64,000 bases of DNA, taken from contig OZ024740.1 in assembly GCA_964016885.1 (NCBI GenBank), positions 198,834,001 to 198,898,000 of the forward strand. The letters run 5' to 3'. Below the pieces are notes generated by a model. The model worked only from the letters and a program-made list of their open reading frames with translations. It searched no databases and was not told the origin of the DNA. Below, piece after piece: positions 1-11,070 of this stretch. How positions within the stretch are numbered: position 1 is the stretch's first letter; every line of letters starts with the position of its first letter. The position numbers and the translations under genes were made by a program. Origin of the DNA: Eledone cirrhosa. Taxonomy: Eukaryota.

Positions 1-65
1 TGACGGCCAACACATTAAATCGTTAGCAACTGGAATCTCTACGCGTCAATGTGATATATATATAT

Positions 66-1243
66 ACGTGGGAAAGTGAAAAATCGGAGAATAGACCGTT
101 AAAACATGTTTATTTAAAATATCACCTACGTACGTTTCGCCCAGTTGGGCTTCTCAAGGGCATAAATAATCACAAGTGTTCCTTATATAGTTCGGAAAGA
201 GTTTTGGGGGTTAAATCCACATCAAGATTCATTGCTCGCAAAAATATCTTGTTTTGATTTTGCAGCAGGTCAAGGGAGGTAACTCTGGCCGGTGTTAGGG
301 CAGTCTTTCCCGGATAATTTTTTTTTTTTTTTTTTTTTTCCTGTTTGTCTGAGCCTGGGTCTGGTATGCAAGGATTGTTTTCTGGGTGTTATTTTGCTGC
401 GCCTGCCCGCCGGGGTGTTAAGACTTGTTGCAGGGAGATCCAGTGTACTATTTCACTCTTCATTCTTAACCCATCTAAAGAAGGATATTTTTAAGCGATG
501 TGTACAACTTATCGCTGTTTCAGCTCTGCTGTTGATGAGCTCGTGGGGTGCAGTTATGATGTGGTAGAGCTCCATGAGGCAAATATCGCATTTCCTCTTG
601 AAGTTGTACGGTGCAGCCCTGCCGACAATCTCCCAGTGCGTGGAGAAGCTAATGTTTAAGTCCTTCTCCACGCATTGGGAGATTGTCGGCAGGGCTGCAC
701 CGTACAACTTCAAGAGGAAATGCGATCTTTGCCTCATGGAGCTCTACCACATCATAACTGCACCACACGAGCTCATCAACAGCAGAGCTGAAACAGCGAT
801 AAGTTGTACACATCGCTTAAAAATATCCTTCTTTAGATGGGTTAAGAATGAAGAGTGAAATAGTACACTGGATCTCCCTGCAACAAGTCTTAACACCCCG
901 GCGGGCAGGCGCAGCAAAATAACACCCAGAAAACAATCCTTGCATACCAGACCCAGCCTCAGACAAACGGGAAAAAAAAAAAAAAAAAAAATGATCCGGG
1001 AAAGACTGCCCTAACACCGGCCAGAGTTACCTCCCTTGACCTGCTGCAAAATCAAAACAAGATATTTTTGCGAGCAATGAATCTTGATGTGGATTTAACC
1101 CCCAAAACTCTTTCCGAACTATATAAGGAACACTTGTGATTATTTATGCCCTTGAGAAGCCCAACTGGGCGAAACGTACGTAGGTGATATTTTAAATAAA
1201 CATGTTTTAACGGTCTATTCTCCGATTTTTCACTTTCCCACGT
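66..1243. repeat. Near-perfect foldback (about 580 bp arms, 14 nt spacer at 649-662) built from the 3' end of a Penelope-like element; right arm continues as an unpaired tail to about 1405
   Basis: 66-648 is the reverse complement of 663-1243. Mirror ORFs 574..858(+) and 453..737(-) encode WEIVGRAAPYNFKRKCDLCLMELYHII...LINSRAETAISCTH, the C-terminal part of a PLE GIY-YIG domain. Confidence 0.9.
1147..1188 (+). ncRNA. Candidate minimal hammerhead ribozyme, U3:A8 variant (mirror copy about 120-161 on -, third copy about 54208-54250 on -)
   Basis: TTGAGAA-GCCCA-ac-TGGGC-GAAA-CGTACG-TA; palindromic stem III; helix I is weak; lies sense and downstream of the PLE ORF. Confidence 0.6.
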
Positions 1244-1400
1244 GCTTACGCTCTGCTAACTCTCTAGCCCACTAAATATTAACACTTCGAATATTTAATA
1301 CTGCCGGCAATAGTATCGAGCACATTTGGCATACGCTACTTGGCAAATAACTATATGTATCACCTATCCCTCCTTTTTCTCTCTTTCTCGATACGTAAAT

Positions 1401-1436
<36 letters not shown>

Positions 1437-1621
1437 ATTATCCTGGATGCAGTAATGGTTAATTACAACACGGGATAAAGTTGACGTACGGTGAGAAGTT
1501 ACTCAACGAGTTATGGAAGAATAGTTGAAGAAACTCAGTTCCTGATCCTTCTGTATTCCGGAGTGCAGATAAAGAATGAATAATAACAGGTAGACATCAT
1601 AAAAAGGTAATTTATTCTGTG

Positions 1622-1733
1622 TGCTTACAAATGTTTCCACGGTGGTTATACAGCCTAGTTATGCTATGTGCAAATTTATAACTATTTGGAAAACTCAATT
1701 ATCAAATGCTGTGACCACTGTATCATCAGGGCA
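1622..1733 (-). ncRNA. Candidate hammerhead ribozyme with a stem II of about 85 nt
   Basis: Reverse complement reads tgcc-CTGATGA-TACAGTGGT cacagc...gctgta ta ACCACCGTG-GAAA-CATTTG-TA|agca. Confidence 0.65.
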
Positions 1734-1819
1734 GAATGGTTAAAATGTAAAATGTAAATGCCCTTAAGTGAGGTTATTGGGCAAGATAGAGTAGAAAAGG
1801 AAGGAAGAGAGAAAAGAAG

Positions 1820-1821
<2 letters not shown>

Positions 1822-1915
<94 letters not shown>
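1822..1915. repeat. (GA)n microsatellite in the PLE 3' UTR
   Basis: Direct reading. Confidence 0.95.
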
Positions 1916-1917
<2 letters not shown>

Positions 1918-3537
1918 CAGGGGTTGGAGAAATGGGAGAGAGTGGTTTGTAGATATCTTAATCAAAATGTTGTGGTAGTGGTGTTATTATACTGGTTACT
2001 CTTAAAGCGACTACCTTAAGCGATGCGTTGATAGTTAAGGTTTGAATTATTTATTGCCACAGAAGTCACGTTCATAGATGTGGAGAGGGAGGGAGGTGGA
2101 CCTAGGGAGAGAGAGAGAGAGGAATGGAGAGAGCGTGAAAGATAGAGAGGGGACAGACGAAAGCTATGGGATGGGTGTACATTGAGTTCATAGTAGTAGG
2201 CTACAAGTTGCACTAAGTTTCCATTTATAGTGATAATCAGGGTATTCTCTTGTAGTGTGGGGGAAGAGAAAGTGGTTAGCTAGAAACCAATGTTATAGTT
2301 ACGGGTTCGAATGTTAAGTTATTTCATAGTGAGAGAATTTGGCCTTCGGTTTGTGGTTGCAGTATAATGATCGTTCGATTCTATCATTTAGTAATTTACT
2401 TTTGGATTTTAAGATGTAAAAGAGTTCAAGGTTACATAACCTACAGTATTTCAATCCACTCCGATATGCACTAGCGCTGGAAAGTATATCCCATTTCAAG
2501 GTGAACTGTTGGTTGCGTTCACGGAGTTGCCAGGTCTTGTTGACGAGTGAGATCACAAAACGATGATTAGGATGTTTAATTGAGAATCAATGACGATACC
2601 AGCAAGATTTAAAGGAGGTAGTGGTAGACCCGATGTAATACCATTTCTGGTCGTTCGATTGAACAGTGCATTAGTAAACAGTGTTGGGCTTTAGGAATGT
2701 ATTCTTCAATGGACATCTTTCAGGTAGATGGCAGTTACAGTTTTTGTTGTGGGTAGCGGGTATACCATGGATAGGTTGGGATAGCAGTACAGGTGGGTTG
2801 TGTAATACCCGTCTCCCATTTAGTGGTTGGGAGGCCAATATTACGTTATGCGCATCTGTTATTAAAATATTGAGTTTTGTAGTGATGTTTAATTGCTTTA
2901 AGTTTTTTTTATGTATCAAGGTTTGGTGCCGTGGAGTACTATAGTTTAATAGTTTTAGAGTTCAGAATTTTACTGTATTTATGGGAACTAGGGAAATGCT
3001 TGCTGATTAACTTGAAGAATGAAAGAGATAGTTTTGTACTAATCGAAGCATTAAAAATGGGATTATACCAGATATACTTTCTACAACGTGATTTATTTGG
3101 TGATGATTTTCTATTATTAGTATGTCTGGTGGTACTGCGTGTGTGCGCTTGTATTTCAGTACCCTGGTTACGTATTCTTTGATTATGTGTGTTATGGAGA
3201 TTCTTATCAATGTATTCTATTTTATCACGGTGGTCGGCATTCCTTAATGCATTATTATAGTATTCAGCGTGTTCACTGGAAATCTCAGAGTTAGACGATA
3301 GGCGAGAGATTCTAAGAGGAACCGATTTGATCATGGAAAGTGGGTGGTTTGAGTTAAAATTGATATAGGTAAGGTTCTCATTTATCTTGTGGAAGGGTCG
3401 TATCAGCATTTGATAATTTATTTTTGCAAATAGTTATAAATTTGCACATAGCATAACTAGGCTGTATAACCACCGTGGAAACATTTGTAAGCACACAGAA
3501 TAAATTACCTTTTTATAATGTCTACCTGTTATTATTC

Positions 3538-3591
<54 letters not shown>

Positions 3592-3597
<6 letters not shown>

Positions 3598-3788
3598 AAA
3601 AGAGCCAGGACACCGACGACTGAGCTCCGGCCGTTTCCACAGCTAGATCCGAGTTAGGATCTAGGTGTCGAAACGACTCTAGCTCAGTCGTTAGTGTCCT
3701 GACTATTTTCCTATTACCCACTCTACTACCCTAAGTATTGAGTACTATGGTGCGTTATGGTCCATATGGTGTCCTACCACACCCATTT

Positions 3789-3792
<4 letters not shown>
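3592..3792. repeat. Short foldback family 'C' (hairpin plus about 75 bp tail, flanked by (TA)n); other copies at 16921-17150, 51580-51765, 59443-59790 and a fragment near 7630-7680
   Basis: ATAGGAAAA..GGACNCCGACGACTGAGCTC..CCGTTTC and its reverse complement; shared tail ACTCTACTACCCTAAGTATTGAGTAC..GGTGCGTTATGGTCCA..GGT.CCTTACCACA. Confidence 0.85.
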
Positions 3793-3824
<32 letters not shown>

Positions 3825-4816
3825 ACTCACACACACAGACATATATATATATATGTGTGTGTGCGTGTGTGGTGCGGGTATGCATATACGTTTTGAAATT
3901 GTAATGTCCATTATACATATTTTTATCGTGTGACAGGATGAAGGTAGCGCGGCGAATTGGAAAATCATTAAACAATCGAGTAGAATGTTTTACGATATAC
4001 ATTTCGGCTCTATGAGTTCCAATACCACCGAGGTCTACTTTGACTTCCCTTCTTTCGCGGCCGATAAAAATGTATCAGTCCAGCATTTGGTTCGATTCCG
4101 CCTCTATATATATTTCGCAATTCTTTCTCTCACTCTTAATCGTTCTCTGGAAGAAATCTACTGGAGAGGGATGGGATTCTCCAGTTTTACAATACGCAAG
4201 AACTAAAACGTCGTTAAATGTAGAACGTTCAACTAATTGCATTGTAATTCAACGAGTGGACATGTTCGTGAATTGATTATGCATTTAAATATACCTTTAA
4301 TAAAAGGATTTCTTTTATTTAAGAATAATATCAAATACATCTTCTTAGAAAGAAAGAAAAGCATCCTCCCTGTTACTCGTACGTTTGTTTATATACACAA
4401 AATTGTAATCATATATAATAATTCTAATAAATGTTATTTCGAGCAGGAAACAATGTTTGGCAAAACCATTACATTATAGAAATAACAGTGTCTGCAATGA
4501 AATTTACATCATGTCATATTTCCACCGATATCTAAAATCGATTACATATATGTATTGTACAAAAGACATGGTTTTACAGTTTTATGTCTGTGACTTAGGT
4601 AGGTTACATTCTGCGCAGATCTTAAGAAAACATTCTGATAAGGCGTTTTAAGTTAATAGAGTATTTCAGATTCTAGAGAAAGTTCTTCAAACTCTATCAA
4701 CGCGGTTCTTGATTCTTATCAGTTCAGCAAATCCTTGCATAAGTTTCTTTTATTATCGGTTCATATTGACTTGTGAATGAGATTTAGTAAACGGAAACTA
4801 TATAGGTACATATATT

Positions 4817-4893
4817 TGGGGTGTCCCAAAAATGTATACACACTTTTATAGCATCTTAATCAAATTGGGTATCCATTTTTGGGGGACACCTGT
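4817..4893. mobile_element. Small degenerate Tc1/mariner-type MITE; a related left end lies at 10737-10890
   Basis: GGGTGTCCCAAAAATGTATAC...GTATCCATTTTTGGGGGACACCTGT; TACAGGGTGTCCCCAAAATTGTATACACACTTT at 10736. Confidence 0.55.
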
Positions 4894-5082
4894 TTACCAG
4901 CTGAATTAATTATAGAAATATTAAATATACTGACGCGAAAACCAACCCAAACCATACAGTAAGTGTTTTTTATATATTTCTGGCAATACCATAACAATAT
5001 GACACTCCTCAAATATAACAGTATATATATATATATATATATATGTAAAAGGTAAACGGAAATAACAACACAATCGGTACAG

Positions 5083-5154
<72 letters not shown>

Positions 5155-5858
5155 AAATGAATAAATAGATTCATACATTATCTAATAGATTTACACATGT
5201 TGCAGAAGGAGGTGGCATTCAATCTTTCTGTATGGAATTCATGAGAATCATTAGATAATATGAAACAAATATATATTTCTTTACCAGTCAAGTGATTCCA
5301 AACAGGAAAAGTTCTAAAAACGTAAACAAGTTTTACATACATTGGAATAATTGGTAAAACTTACGGAAGTCTAGACAAGTAAAATAATATTTTTTTAGTA
5401 ATGCATATACTATGTAGTGATTAGGTTGAGTGATATATTTGATACTCGTATTTTGACTAAACATTATAGGAGTGAAATTAATGCTTATCAATCGTATAAC
5501 ACTTAATTAAGTTACAATCAACTTCTATTCTAACTATTTATTATGTTAAGAAGAAGCAACATAAAAATTATGGAAGCTTATATTAGTAATAATGTATAAA
5601 TCAGTTGGATGAAATATAATTGTTAAGAAGTATTAACCTACAAGTTACGATTATTTTTAAATATCGCGTACATGTGCAGACATATGCTCTGTGATTGTTG
5701 CAAATCTACTATGACTAGCAATTTACAAATTGAATTAAACTCAGAATTGTCTTTTCCCAATCATTTGTATAAAATAGCATTTAAGTTTTGAATATCTGTC
5801 TGCCTTAAACAGTTGTGTTATCAACTCATTTGAACTACGTTTTATATATATATATATA

Positions 5859-6443
5859 GTTTTGCAAGGTTTTTTATATGAAATCGTGTGTCGAAACAAA
5901 TATTGTTATACTTGGGGAGGGTCATATTTGTGTAATATTGCCAGAATTAATAACAGAACACGCTCACTGTTTCGTTGGTTTTCGCTTTTCGCTTCTGTGT
6001 CTTTTATATCGGTAATCTAATATAATATAATATACTCGGTCCTCAATGTTGCCATTGACTGACCGACGGTCAAAAATAATACAGATACAATATAGACACA
6101 AACACATATATATAGTTTATCATAAATCTTTCGTTCCATAAAAATGGCGTAGCCATACAATTCAACAGGAGGAAACAACAGTAGAACCACTGACGATGTT
6201 GCAGATGTGCAACGAAAGATTTATGATAAACTATATATATGTGTTTGTGTCTATATTGTATCTGTATTATTTTTGACCGTCGGTCAGTCAATGGCAACAT
6301 TGAGGACCGAGTATATTATATTATATTATATTAGATTACCGATATAAAAGACACAGAAACGAAAAGCGAAAACCAACCAAACAGTGAGTGTGTTCTGTTA
6401 TTAATTCTGGCAATATTACACAAATATGACCCTCCCCAAGTAT

Positions 6444-6450
<7 letters not shown>
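5859..6450. repeat. Non-coding foldback (arms 5899-6135 and 6211-6450), PLE terminal-repeat type, between (TA)n tracts
   Basis: Arms are reverse complements. It ends in ATGACCCTCCCCAAGTATAACAAT, which is shared with the PLE at 17621-21567. Confidence 0.85.
6186..6227 (+). ncRNA. Candidate minimal hammerhead ribozyme
   Basis: acca-CTGACGA-t-GTTGCA-gatg-TGCAAC-GAAA-gat-TTA|tgat; intact core and 6 bp stem II. Confidence 0.7.
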
Positions 6451-6504
<54 letters not shown>

Positions 6505-6723
6505 ATTAAATAAATGGAAACTATATTTATAAAACCATATTTATTTCATTATATATATTTCGGGGATATCATATTAACAATATGCTATGCCTTCCTCAGA
6601 CAAAATACAATATAAACAGTTTTATAGATAAATATATTCGACATACCGTTATAAACACCGACTTCCATTTGGAGAGGTTTACGCTGGCAGTCGGTTTTAC
6701 GCTGGCAGAGGTTTACGCTGGCA

Positions 6724-6754
<31 letters not shown>

Positions 6755-6758
<4 letters not shown>

Positions 6759-7161
6759 TAAGGAATTTTAGCCTGATAATGGGGTTTAGAACCCTCAAAT
6801 AAATGGAAAAAGATGAGTATTGACGTACATGGGAGTCGAACCCACATCTTTGGTTATTCTAATTTCAAACCTGCTCACCGTTTCAAAACATACTTACTTG
6901 CCATTTAAATTCGCTAAGAATGTAGCTTCTAATTTGAATGGAAAGCGATGGGTATGTGTTGGTGTAATGGTAGCACAGTGGTCGCGATAACCAAAGGTGT
7001 GGGTTCGATTCCTATGTAGGTCAATACTCATCTTTTTTCCATTTATTTGAGGGTTCTAAACCACATTATCAGGCTAAAATTCCTTTAGTCAAAAATACGG
7101 TGAAAGCTATTCTATTTTCTAATTTCAAACCTGCTCACTGTTTGAAAACATACCTACTTGA
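6755..7161 (+). mobile_element. tRNA-derived SINE-like element (tRNA-like head 6952-7021) with an upstream inverted partial copy and a directly repeated tail
   Basis: A box TGGTGTAATGG and B box GGTTCGATTCC. 6755-6857 is the reverse complement of about 6987-7091; 6856-6900 is repeated at 7117-7160. Confidence 0.65.
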
Positions 7162-8134
7162 TATATATATATATATGGAGAGAGAGAGAGAGAAAGAAAA
7201 CGTGAAGTTGTAAATAGCACGGAAAATATATTAGGGTCTGTTTTTCTTTTTTTTATCCTTTCTTTGAATCGTCAAAGTGACTATTGAAAAAATGAGAGGG
7301 ACAGTTTTTTTCAAACAGAGTTTCATAATGTATATCAAGTATAGAAGGTATTACCGGTTTCGATATATTATTAACATTCATTTTGAGTATTACAAATGAA
7401 TATAATTATTAAGAATTAAAAACTAAAACTTAAACATTTAAAATTACGAGGTAAGTTTCTTTCATCTTCCTTGTTGAGAAGGAGCCTGGAGAGAGAGACG
7501 AGTCCGTGGTGCTGAAAATGAAGAGACCACTAATCATGTGAGCACTCGATAACGAGGAGATGTTGATTGGGTATAGTGATGTTTAAAATCGTGACCGCGG
7601 CGCCAAGCGGTTTCAGCTTGGTATAAATTATGGACCTAGCTGTTTATACGACAAGAGCTCAGTCGTTAGGGCCCCAATGTTATTCATAAATCTGCCAGTA
7701 TATAAACGTTTTTTTAATAATGTTTATATTAAATGTATTTAAAACGTGTGTCAAATATTACCGGTTTAGATTCGTGTATCAAACTAATGAGTATTCAAAG
7801 TGTGTGTTTTTATATTGTGTGGTTTATTAGAATATAAGGGAAGTTGCTGTCAAAATCTCTACTGGTATATATGCTCTTTATGGAGGTTGGGTGGTGATAT
7901 GTGGAGTTCAAAAGATCAGTGTTGAATTGATTCACTTGAAAATTCACTTAATTTAAATAGAAAATAACTTTTCTATTCAGAATAATGGACCAGGTGACAT
8001 TATATTGTCCTCTAAGGTGTGTGTGTGTGTATGTATGTGTGTGCGGGTGTGTGAGTGTTTAGATGCTGTTGAATGTACTAAGACTTCATGCGTGTTTTTA
8101 AGGTTTGCGGATAAACGCGAGAAAAAAAGAAAGA

Positions 8135-8234
8135 CGGGAAGTAAATAAAAATACAAATATAGATATAAACGTGATTGAAACGATCCTTTTTTGCCAAGAA
8201 TTTCTCGATTTATATGGAGCTTTACAACCCTTTT

Positions 8235-8274
<40 letters not shown>

Positions 8275-8776
8275 TAGATATATGTATGTATATTTATGTC
8301 TATATATATATATATTTATTAAAATAACAGATTAAAGTTTAAGCAAAGAATCGCTGCTTTCACCCTGAACGGGAACTTCTGAAACTAAAAAAGTCAATCT
8401 GTGAAGTAAATATTTCAAAGAACGTTGCAACCGGAGGAAGACAGGAAGACGATACTTTGGTTCGTGGAATCTGCGTTCACAGATTGACTTTTTTAGTTTC
8501 AGAAGATCCCGTTAAGTGTGAAAGCAGCGATTCTTTGCTTAAACTTTAATCTGTTATTTTAATAAATATTTGCTCTACGGTTCTTATATATTTGATATAT
8601 ATTTATCCTTATCGAGCCCTCTTTGGATTTTAGTCTTCAAATTTATTATTATTACTATATATATATATATATTGTTGAAAAGGGTTGTAAAGTTCCATAT
8701 AAATCGAGAAATTCTTAGGAAAAAGGGATCGTTTCAATCACGTTTATATCTATATTTGTATTAGTATTTACTTCCC

Positions 8777-8777
<1 letters not shown>
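8135..8777. repeat. Nested inverted repeats: outer 8135-8240 / 8670-8777, inner 8312-8405 / 8476-8570; inner family also at 34185-34390 and 40955-41106
   Basis: Direct reverse-complement matches. Confidence 0.85.
8495..8545 (+). ncRNA. Candidate type I hammerhead (U4>A in this copy; CTGAAGA in the copy near 41095)
   Basis: AGTTT-CAGAAGA-tcccgttaag(g/t)gt-GAA-AGCA-gcgattctt-TGCT-T|AAACT. Confidence 0.55.
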
Positions 8778-8868
<91 letters not shown>

Positions 8869-9269
8869 TTATGTATATACATATATATATAATTTTAAAA
8901 ATAAAATGGTGTTTTTCTATCAATAATAATGAGAGTATTTTCTATCAATAATGGAAGAGAGTATTTAATTGGCCCACAAAAATAATAGATTAATGAGATA
9001 GTGTCAAGTTGTATAAAAGAATATCTCGTTATGCAGACCATTTTATTTGGCCTAAGTCACAAAAAAAACAACAAAATAAATAAATAAAGGCTAAAGATAA
9101 TCAATTGAATATAAATTATGAGCACGTAGGTAGGTACACTATATATTTATCGTAAAATCATTTAACCTTTAACTCTGCAAAATACTTCATCAATGGTGGT
9201 ATAGCCACTGCCTCCGTCTCTTTCGCTCTCCCCATCTTTTACTATTATAAGCAAATGCGGATCCACGCG

Positions 9270-9720
9270 CTGGCCACCGCGCGGACAGAATAGAAAAGTT
9301 GTTTCCCCTGAGGATGGTCAAGAAAACGCGTTGGAAGGGCCACCTGTGAGTAGTGAACACCATGCCGATGGCGGTGATTTGGTAGGTGTTCATAGGGTCA
9401 GGGACACCAGAAATCTCCATTGCTACTGGCTCGACCACAAAACTGTTCTGATATTTGGAGATATCACCCTCCTCCACCCGAAGTGCACCTGAGCCTGGAT
9501 TAGTTGCAGCCATTACCAAGTCACTGCTGGAGAAAGTGTCCCTGCATATGGCATCGTAGATGAGTGGTTTACCACAATGGAACGGGAAGATGGTTATGGA
9601 GTCTGGCCAATTGCTGCCGCCTCGGTCAAGCCACGACAGCTCGAGCTGGGAGTGCAATGTGCATCTTGAAAGCCATGCTTTATGATCTCATTGAAAGCAG
9701 TATGGCGTGGAGGGCGGCCG
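9270..9720 (-). mobile_element. Degenerate restriction-like endonuclease (RLE) domain of a CRE/NeSL-type non-LTR retrotransposon
   Basis: GRPPRHTAFNEII...WPDSITIFPFHCGKPLIYDAICRDTF...SKYQN..VVEPVAMEISG...FQRVFLTILRGN. Confidence 0.75.
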
Positions 9721-10509
9721 TTACTGTGTGTCTATATGCATTTTATATCTGCAAATGTGTGTTTATGTGTTTGTGTTTACATGTTTGTATAATACCTAAA
9801 ATTAGCTTTGTTATCATTGGGAGAAGAACTAAATATTTCACAATCCGCGTATATAATAAATAGGTTATTCTGTAGTAATTGAATACAATAGAACAAACAA
9901 TAGATAATATAATATATAAATGTATTATAAGTTACAAATTTAGTGAATTGTTCACTGTAAACCTCTCTGGGTAATTAAATAGAAAGAAATTCGATAGCGA
10001 AGCAAAATCAAGGTGTTGAATTGGCAGAAATCTGGCAGTAAGAAACATGAGATTAGTAAGTCTGAATATCTTACAATTGATTTACGTATTCTATTGGTAA
10101 GTATTTCAACGGATTTTCTTACAAAAGGCGTATACTTGGATCCCCCTAATCGAATAAGAGGAAACTATAATATAATTTACACTGCGTTGATGTGCATATG
10201 TGTAATATGGAAAAAATAACATTGGACAATCTCGTAAAGGAATTGATACATGAATATATTTTTATACTGTAAAATACTAATCGTAAAACGATATATAGGA
10301 TGGACTGCATATTTCTTTCAAAATTGATGGAATCCTATGGTGTTAATATTATGATAACTCAATTGTTAGTATTTCTAAGGTGGGAAAAATATTTTCACGA
10401 TGTAGAACACTGAAAGATATTTAAGATTTGGAAATATTCTAAACAAAGCATAGTTATATACATATATATATATACATATATGTATATATATATATATATA
10501 CATATATAC

Positions 10510-10564
<55 letters not shown>

Positions 10565-10589
10565 CATATATATATATACATATATATAC

Positions 10590-10726
<137 letters not shown>

Positions 10727-10949
10727 CATATATAATACAGGGTGTCCCCAAAATTGTATACACACTTTGAATACCTGTACAGGCAATATTTATTAGAATG
10801 AATAGCCTTCCGAAAATAAAATGATCTACAGGCATAATTCAATTGTATTTAAACACCCAAATATGTTTACATTATTCAGACAGGCGGTGGATTTTCAGTA
10901 TCGGTTGAGGGTCGGACACCATGCTTTGAAGCATAGAGTTACCCCCCTT

Positions 10950-11070
10950 TATGATCTGAATTCAAATCTCGCCGAGGTTCATTTTGCATTTCATCCTTAC
11001 AGGGCCATACAATAAAGCAGCAGTAACGCACTGGGCTAATTGGTGGGTTTGTGCCAAAAGTAGAAACAAT
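10950..11070 (+). mobile_element. Octopus-type SINE fragment; similar copies near 4005-4090, 12250-12310, 13180-13400, 40760-40870, 41560-41730, 43340-43490, 46100-46280, 48935-49140(-), 58540-58600(-)
   Basis: Recurrent core GAGTTCAAATC.CGCCGAGGTCAACTTTGCCTTTCATCCTTNCGGGGTCGATAAAATAAAGTACC...GGCCTTGTGCC.AAATTAGAAACAAT; family assignment from memory of cephalopod SINEs. Confidence 0.7.

Larger units (their letters stand above)
1570..3545 (-). mobile_element. 5'-truncated Penelope-like element (Neptune-type linker) with an inverted copy of its 3' terminus at the 5' end
   Basis: Minus-strand frameshifted ORFs (3409-2314): PFHK..YINFNSNHP (thumb), WYNP, CNCHLPERCPL, VY...YYIGST, WDILSSASAY..CRLCNLE..CNH. 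1570-1711 is inverted at 3405-3545. Confidence 0.9.

Noticed and set aside
6675-6724. Three copies of GGTTTACGCTGGCAG; possible CRISPR-like array
   Set aside because: No spacers, eukaryotic context and no cas genes; a simple minisatellite.
6952-7021. Possible tRNA gene
   Set aside because: A and B boxes are present but the acceptor and anticodon stems pair poorly, and it is embedded in a repeat; treated as a SINE head.
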